From the NCBI GenBank assembly GCA_963828495.1, contig CAWHFJ010000017.1:84342-148341 (forward strand): a DNA stretch of 64,000 bases. The letters are read 5' to 3'. Position 1 is the stretch's first letter; the number at the start of each line of letters is the position of its first letter. Under the pieces are notes generated by a model. It was not told the origin of the DNA. It saw only the letters and a list, made by a program, of their open reading frames with translations, and searched no databases. The position numbers and the translations under genes are program-made. Positions 59,656 to 64,000 of the stretch are shown here, piece by piece. This DNA comes from Candidatus Omnitrophota bacterium. Lineage in GTDB: Bacteria; Omnitrophota; Gorgyraeia; Zapsychrales; Fredricksoniimonadaceae.

Positions 59656-60942
59656 ATGACAACCAACCGTTCAAAACAACTATTTTCCCAAGCCCAAAAA
59701 ATCATGGTGGGTGGAGTCAACAGCCCGGTGCGATCATTTAAGGCTGTCGGCGGCTCTCCTGTGATTATGCAACGGGCACGTGGTAATAAACTTTTTGACG
59801 TTGACGGAAACTCTTACACAGATTATTGCCTCTCCTGGGGGGCCTTGATTTTAGGGCACAACCATCCTGATGTGAGCTATGCGGCTAAAACAGCCATTAG
59901 CTTAGGCATCAGTTTCGGCACCACGACAAAGCCTGAAATTGAAATAGCCCGGTTTATCGTCAGCCATGTGCCTTCTATCGAAATGATACGCTTCGTTAAT
60001 TCCGGGACAGAAGCCACCATGAGCGCTGTTCGTTTGGCACGAGGTTTTACCAAACGTCATAAAATCATTAAATTCGACGGTTGTTATCACGGCCATTACG
60101 ACGATTTTTTGACTATGTCCGGTTCAGGATTAGCTTTTTTGCCGACTTCATCAAGTAAAGGAGTCCCCGGCGCGCATATTAAAGACACCTTAAGTCTGCC
60201 GTTTAACAATATAACAGCCTTGCATAATGCTATCCAACGCTATCATGCCGATATTGCCTGTGTTATTATAGAACCGGTGGCCGGGAATATGGGTGTTGTT
60301 ACCCCGCAGAAAGATTTTCTGAAGGCCCTGCGGGCCGTAACTCAGAAATACCATATCGTATTAATTTTTGATGAAGTGATGAGCGGTTTTCGCACCAATT
60401 TAGGTTGTGCCCAGACGGATTTGGGGATTATTCCGGACATGACGTGTCTGGGCAAAATTATAGGCGGGGGATTTCCGGTAGGGGCTTATGGCGGCAGGCG
60501 TGACATTATGAAGCATTTGGCTCCTTTAGGGGGCGTTTACCAGGCCGGAACATTCTCAGGCACCCCGGTGGTCATGCGTGCCGGTTTAGCTGTGTTAAAA
60601 AATCTCACTGCGCCAACTTATAAAAAATTAAACACCCTGGCGGAACAATTTACCGTCGATACTAACCACATGTTAGCCGTACATAAAGTCAATGCGCATC
60701 TGACCGGTTACAAATCCATGCTCAGCTTGGGCTGGCAAAGCCAACCGGTTGGCAATTACACGGAGGCTAAGGCCGCCTCTGACAAGGCGCTTTACAGTCA
60801 ACTTTTTCACTATTTATTAAACAAAGGCATTTATTGGCCGCCGGCAGGTTTGGAAGCCTTTTTTCTTTCCACTTGCCATAACATCAAGGACCTGAATGTT
60901 CTCCAAAAAGCCCTTAAAGACTTTTTTATTTCCGGCCGCTAA
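59656..60942 (+). CDS. hemL: glutamate-1-semialdehyde 2,1-aminomutase
   Basis: GGVNSPVRSF...FDEVMSGFR...LGKIIGGGFPVGAYGG. Confidence 0.9.
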   Translation: MTTNRSKQLFSQAQKIMVGGVNSPVRSFKAVGGSPVIMQRARGNKLFDVDGNSYTDYCLSWGALILGHNHPDVSYAAKTAISLGISFGTTTKPEIEIARFIVSHVPSIEMIRFVNSGTEATMSAVRLARGFTKRHKIIKFDGCYHGHYDDFLTMSGSGLAFLPTSSSKGVPGAHIKDTLSLPFNNITALHNAIQRYHADIACVIIEPVAGNMGVVTPQKDFLKALRAVTQKYHIVLIFDEVMSGFRTNLGCAQTDLGIIPDMTCLGKIIGGGFPVGAYGGRRDIMKHLAPLGGVYQAGTFSGTPVVMRAGLAVLKNLTAPTYKKLNTLAEQFTVDTNHMLAVHKVNAHLTGYKSMLSLGWQSQPVGNYTEAKAASDKALYSQLFHYLLNKGIYWPPAGLEAFFLSTCHNIKDLNVLQKALKDFFISGR

Positions 60943-61564
60943 TATTATCGTCGGCTTACTGTTGATCGGCTGTTTTACTTTTCTTGTCTATCATATCCTG
61001 CAATCTGTGCGCGTAGCACGTTTTGTGGGTTTAGAAACCTTGCAACCGGCCCCCACAGATTATCTTTGGGAAACCAATATGCGGGAGGCCGCTATAGATA
61101 AAAATCTCATCCGCTCGTGGGCGGATTATTATGAAAATTTACTGCAAGTATTTCCTGAATTCGCCGATGCGTACGGTATTTTGGGTTATTGCTATCATTA
61201 TTTAGGCAATGACATGAAGGCCGAAGCCTTTTTCAAAAAAGCCATCGACGGAAAGCCTGACTATTTCTGGTATTCTTATGACCTGGCTATTTTATATATC
61301 AAGGACCGTCATTATCATGAAAGCCAGGTCCTGTTACAAAAGGCCATCCAATTAGACCCGCAAGCCAGTCTTAAGGATTTGGTTTCTTCCGCCATCCTGT
61401 ATCGCTTATTACCCCCGGGGGCATCCTTGCAAGATATAGCCATGCATATCGGGCAAGCGTATAAACAAAGTTTCTTTTTATTAAAGGTATTCAATCCGAC
61501 TTTACCGCAGGGCAAGGCGGATGCTATCATAAAACAATTAAAATTAGAGCTTTATGTTTTCTAA
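60896..61564 (+). CDS. membrane-anchored TPR-like protein
   Basis: One N-terminal TM (IIVGLLLIGCFTFLVY), then TPR-like helices (AYGILGYCYHYLGNDMKAEAFFKKAIDGKPDY...). Confidence 0.5.
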   Translation: MFSKKPLKTFLFPAANIIVGLLLIGCFTFLVYHILQSVRVARFVGLETLQPAPTDYLWETNMREAAIDKNLIRSWADYYENLLQVFPEFADAYGILGYCYHYLGNDMKAEAFFKKAIDGKPDYFWYSYDLAILYIKDRHYHESQVLLQKAIQLDPQASLKDLVSSAILYRLLPPGASLQDIAMHIGQAYKQSFFLLKVFNPTLPQGKADAIIKQLKLELYVF

Positions 61565-62690
61565 AAACAGTCAAAATTTAGGCCTTTCTTTACTGCTATG
61601 GATAACCCTGCTGTGGGTGGGATTTCAGCTATCTGAGCGTAAAGTCCTTTGGATCGACGAAGTCTACACCCAAAAATACACCATTGACAACCGTTCTTAC
61701 CGGGATATTTTGACTTTAAATCTGCCTGAAGGTAATAAAAGTCCGCTTTTTTATATTTTTCAAAAAATCGCTTCCGATATAGGTTCATTCCGAATAGCGG
61801 TCGCAACGACCAAAGGGCTGATCTTCTTTCATGATAAACGATCCCAGATCATCATGCGTATTCCTTCCAACATCTACATGTCTTTGGGCCTTGCGCTCCT
61901 ATTCTATTTTTTTACCTGCCGGTTCTCCTTATGGACAGGATTATATGCCTTGAGTCTAGGATTAGCGGCACCGATGGTTTGGCTATACTGGGTGGAGGCC
62001 AGGCCCTATTCATTATGGTTTTTACTGACAAGCATGCAACTATGTCTGACGTACATGGCCATTACTCCCAAGGGGACATCCACAACGCTCATCCAAAGGC
62101 TCCTGCTATTGACCCATGTTCTGCTGGCCTTAACAACCATCGGCTCTATAGTCCAAATTGTTATTGTTTCTTTTATGCTTTGGTGTCAGGGATTTTATAA
62201 AAAACAATGGCTTTGGATTTTGCCCATCGGTATTACACTTTTTTACTATTGGGCCGCTCCCGGCTTTTCCACCAAAGCTTACTTTTTCTGGCCGCATTTA
62301 CTCGAATCGGTCCTGCCCGAACACTTACTTGTTTATGTGCTCTACGGACTGATGCTCTGTTACTTCTCTTTAAAAAAGAAACCTGCCGGAAATACTTTCT
62401 TTTTCCTGATCTTTTTGTTATTCTTAGCCAGTACCTGTTTCATGCTCTATGTTCTTTCACTGAAAAAAACGTCTCAGTTTGGATTTTTTACCCGTTATTT
62501 CATCTATATGGTATCCGCTGATATTATCATGATGACCGTCGCCAGTCGCGACCTTATGCAATGGGCCAAAAAAAATACCGGGGTGTGGATCAATACGGGG
62601 ATTCTTTTAGGCGGCCTGCTGGCGTGCCGAGCCTTATGGATCTACACCTATATGCTGGCTTTAGGGACCTATTCACATACGCCGGGTTAA
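61554..62690 (+). CDS. polytopic membrane protein, GT-C-like (possible glycosyl/arabinosyl-transferase fold)
   Basis: About 10 TM segments. An early loop motif LWIDEVYT resembles the DE-x-x-Y loop of ArnT/PMT-type enzymes. Motif-level guess only. Confidence 0.45.
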   Translation: MFSKNSQNLGLSLLLWITLLWVGFQLSERKVLWIDEVYTQKYTIDNRSYRDILTLNLPEGNKSPLFYIFQKIASDIGSFRIAVATTKGLIFFHDKRSQIIMRIPSNIYMSLGLALLFYFFTCRFSLWTGLYALSLGLAAPMVWLYWVEARPYSLWFLLTSMQLCLTYMAITPKGTSTTLIQRLLLLTHVLLALTTIGSIVQIVIVSFMLWCQGFYKKQWLWILPIGITLFYYWAAPGFSTKAYFFWPHLLESVLPEHLLVYVLYGLMLCYFSLKKKPAGNTFFFLIFLLFLASTCFMLYVLSLKKTSQFGFFTRYFIYMVSADIIMMTVASRDLMQWAKKNTGVWINTGILLGGLLACRALWIYTYMLALGTYSHTPG

Positions 62691-62725
62691 AACTAAAAGT
62701 TGACCAGGGTGAATTTTTTTATAAA

Positions 62726-63082
62726 ATGGAAGGGATGCTTATGATCAACCCGATGGGCAATAATGAACAACGCAGGGACCCGCGCGTCAGCTCGGAGTTT
62801 CCGGTCAAAATCAGCGTTGGTTCGCAAATAACCGTGCAAGGCCAGCTCAGAGACCTTTCCCTAAACAGCGCCTTTATCAAAATCAAAAACAACATCTTTT
62901 TAAATACCGGCGATGAGGTAGGATTTGCCATTGAATCCTCCCCGGAAGACAACACGATCATCATGCAAGGGTCAGCGCGCCTTTCCCGCATCGTGCCGGG
63001 AGAAGGATTTGCTATTTATTTTTCACACATGGATGATGAATCCTTAAAATACCTTAAAAAGCTTCTGCCCAAAAAAGAATAG
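62726..63082 (+). CDS. PilZ-domain protein (slightly degenerate motif)
   Basis: RRDPR (RxxxR) and DLSLNS (DxSxxS in place of DxSxxG). I chose ATG 62726 because the upstream extension overlaps the membrane protein gene. Confidence 0.6.
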   Translation: MEGMLMINPMGNNEQRRDPRVSSEFPVKISVGSQITVQGQLRDLSLNSAFIKIKNNIFLNTGDEVGFAIESSPEDNTIIMQGSARLSRIVPGEGFAIYFSHMDDESLKYLKKLLPKKE

Positions 63083-63093
63083 GAGATTAAAAA

Positions 63094-64000
63094 ATGAAAC
63101 GACACAATTTACATGCGGGGTTGGTCCTCATAGGAGGATTATTATTAAGCACCGGCGTTTATGCACAGACAGCCCAAGACTATTTTCACAATGGCAACGC
63201 CTATAACAGGCAAGGCAAATTATCTCAAGCCATTGTTGAGTTTACCAAAGCCATTGCCATCAATCCCAACTTTGCCAAGGCCTATAATGACCGGGGGGTC
63301 GCTTATGCTAAGCAAGGCCAATTGGCCAAAGCCATCGCTGACTACACCAAGGCCATTGACATCAATCCTAAAGATGTAGCGGCCTATAACAACCGCGGCA
63401 ATGCCTACAACATGCAGGGCAATCTACCCAAAGCCATTGCTGATTTTACCAAAGCTATCCAAATAAAGCCTGACTATGCAGGGGCCTATAACAACCGCGG
63501 GAATACCTACAATATGCAAGCCAACTGGCCTCAAGCCATTGCTGATTTTTCTAAAGCCATTGACCTAAACCCTAATGTGGCCGGAGCCTATCATAACCGG
63601 GGGAATGTCTACTACAAGCAAGGCAATTGGCCTCAAGCCATTGCTGATTTTACCAAAGCCATTACTTTAAAACCCAATTTAAAAGAGGCCTATATAAGTC
63701 GGGGGCTTGTCTATTACAGGCAAGGCATGTGGCCTCAAGCCATTTTTGACTTTACCAAAGCCATTGAAATAAACCCTAATATGGCAGAGGCTTATGGCAA
63801 CCGAGGCAATGCCTTCTTCAAGGAAGGTAATTTATCCCAAGCTATTGCCGACTATACGAGGGTCATTGCCATTAATCCTCTCTATGCAAGGATTTATAAC
63901 AACCGTGGGCTGGCCTATTATAGTGCCAAAAACTACGCCAAAGCTTGGGCCGATGTGCATCAAGCAGAAAAATTAGGGAGTCCTGTTAACGGTGACTTTA
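63094..64000 (+). CDS. secreted TPR-repeat protein, 3'-truncated by the window edge
   Basis: Absent from the ORF track because no stop occurs before 64000. ATG 63094, signal peptide ending VYA-Q, then at least 8 consecutive 34-aa TPR units (A.YNNRGNAY...G....AIADFTKAI.I.P). Confidence 0.8.
   Translation, partial: MKRHNLHAGLVLIGGLLLSTGVYAQTAQDYFHNGNAYNRQGKLSQAIVEFTKAIAINPNFAKAYNDRGVAYAKQGQLAKAIADYTKAIDINPKDVAAYNNRGNAYNMQGNLPKAIADFTKAIQIKPDYAGAYNNRGNTYNMQANWPQAIADFSKAIDLNPNVAGAYHNRGNVYYKQGNWPQAIADFTKAITLKPNLKEAYISRGLVYYRQGMWPQAIFDFTKAIEINPNMAEAYGNRGNAFFKEGNLSQAIADYTRVIAINPLYARIYNNRGLAYYSAKNYAKAWADVHQAEKLGSPVNGDF

Noticed and set aside
63161-63976. ORFs 63161-63379 and 63794-63976 from the track
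   Set aside because: Both are alternative frames of the long TPR-repeat gene (63094->64000). That gene's frame is open to the window edge and shows regular 34-aa TPR periodicity.

Overview
This 64-kb window looks like chromosome from a diderm, LPS-making bacterium, moderately AT-rich and probably from an uncultivated lineage. That taxonomic guess rests only on gene content and on motifs I recall from metagenomic proteins. I call about 62 protein-coding genes, and all but one (55784-56041) are on the + strand. Most are housekeeping operons: a heptose kinase gene followed by kdsB-kdsA-kdsD-kdsC-lptC/A-lptB; tig-clpP; an aminotransferase with serA; purA; uppS-cdsA-dxr-rseP; proS; rimP-nusA-infB; trpS-scpA-ruvB; queA-tgt-trmD-rplS-rnhB; miaB; an ECF sigma/anti-sigma pair; nadA; and hemC/D-hemB-hemL. 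I found no rRNA, tRNA, CRISPR array, transposase or integrase. Five things deserve a second look. (1) About 24 reading-frame breaks and one in-frame TGA fall in otherwise recognisable, mostly essential genes. They are clustered and biased toward single-base insertions, so consensus error is the default explanation. (2) A hairpin-repeat family (GTCAT-stem-GAGC...GCGAAG-stem'-CTC) occurs twice directly after stop codons on either side of the aminotransferase gene, and once as an in-frame 27-nt tandem array inside hemD. (3) The left 5 kb encodes very large uncharacterised multidomain ORFs with methyltransferase-, GNAT-, nucleotidyltransferase- and HExxH-like motifs, ending in a GGIDL...FLGL module. 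(4) Several core proteins have unusual architectures: a trigger factor without its PPIase domain, a HemC that lacks domain 3 and is fused to HemD, an LptC-LptA fusion, a short RimP, and an orphan CpaF-like ATPase. (5) A polytopic membrane protein is followed by a PilZ protein at two separate loci, and the miaB leader and start are duplicated to create an overlapping upstream ORF. All functional calls come from motif reading by eye; no searches were run.
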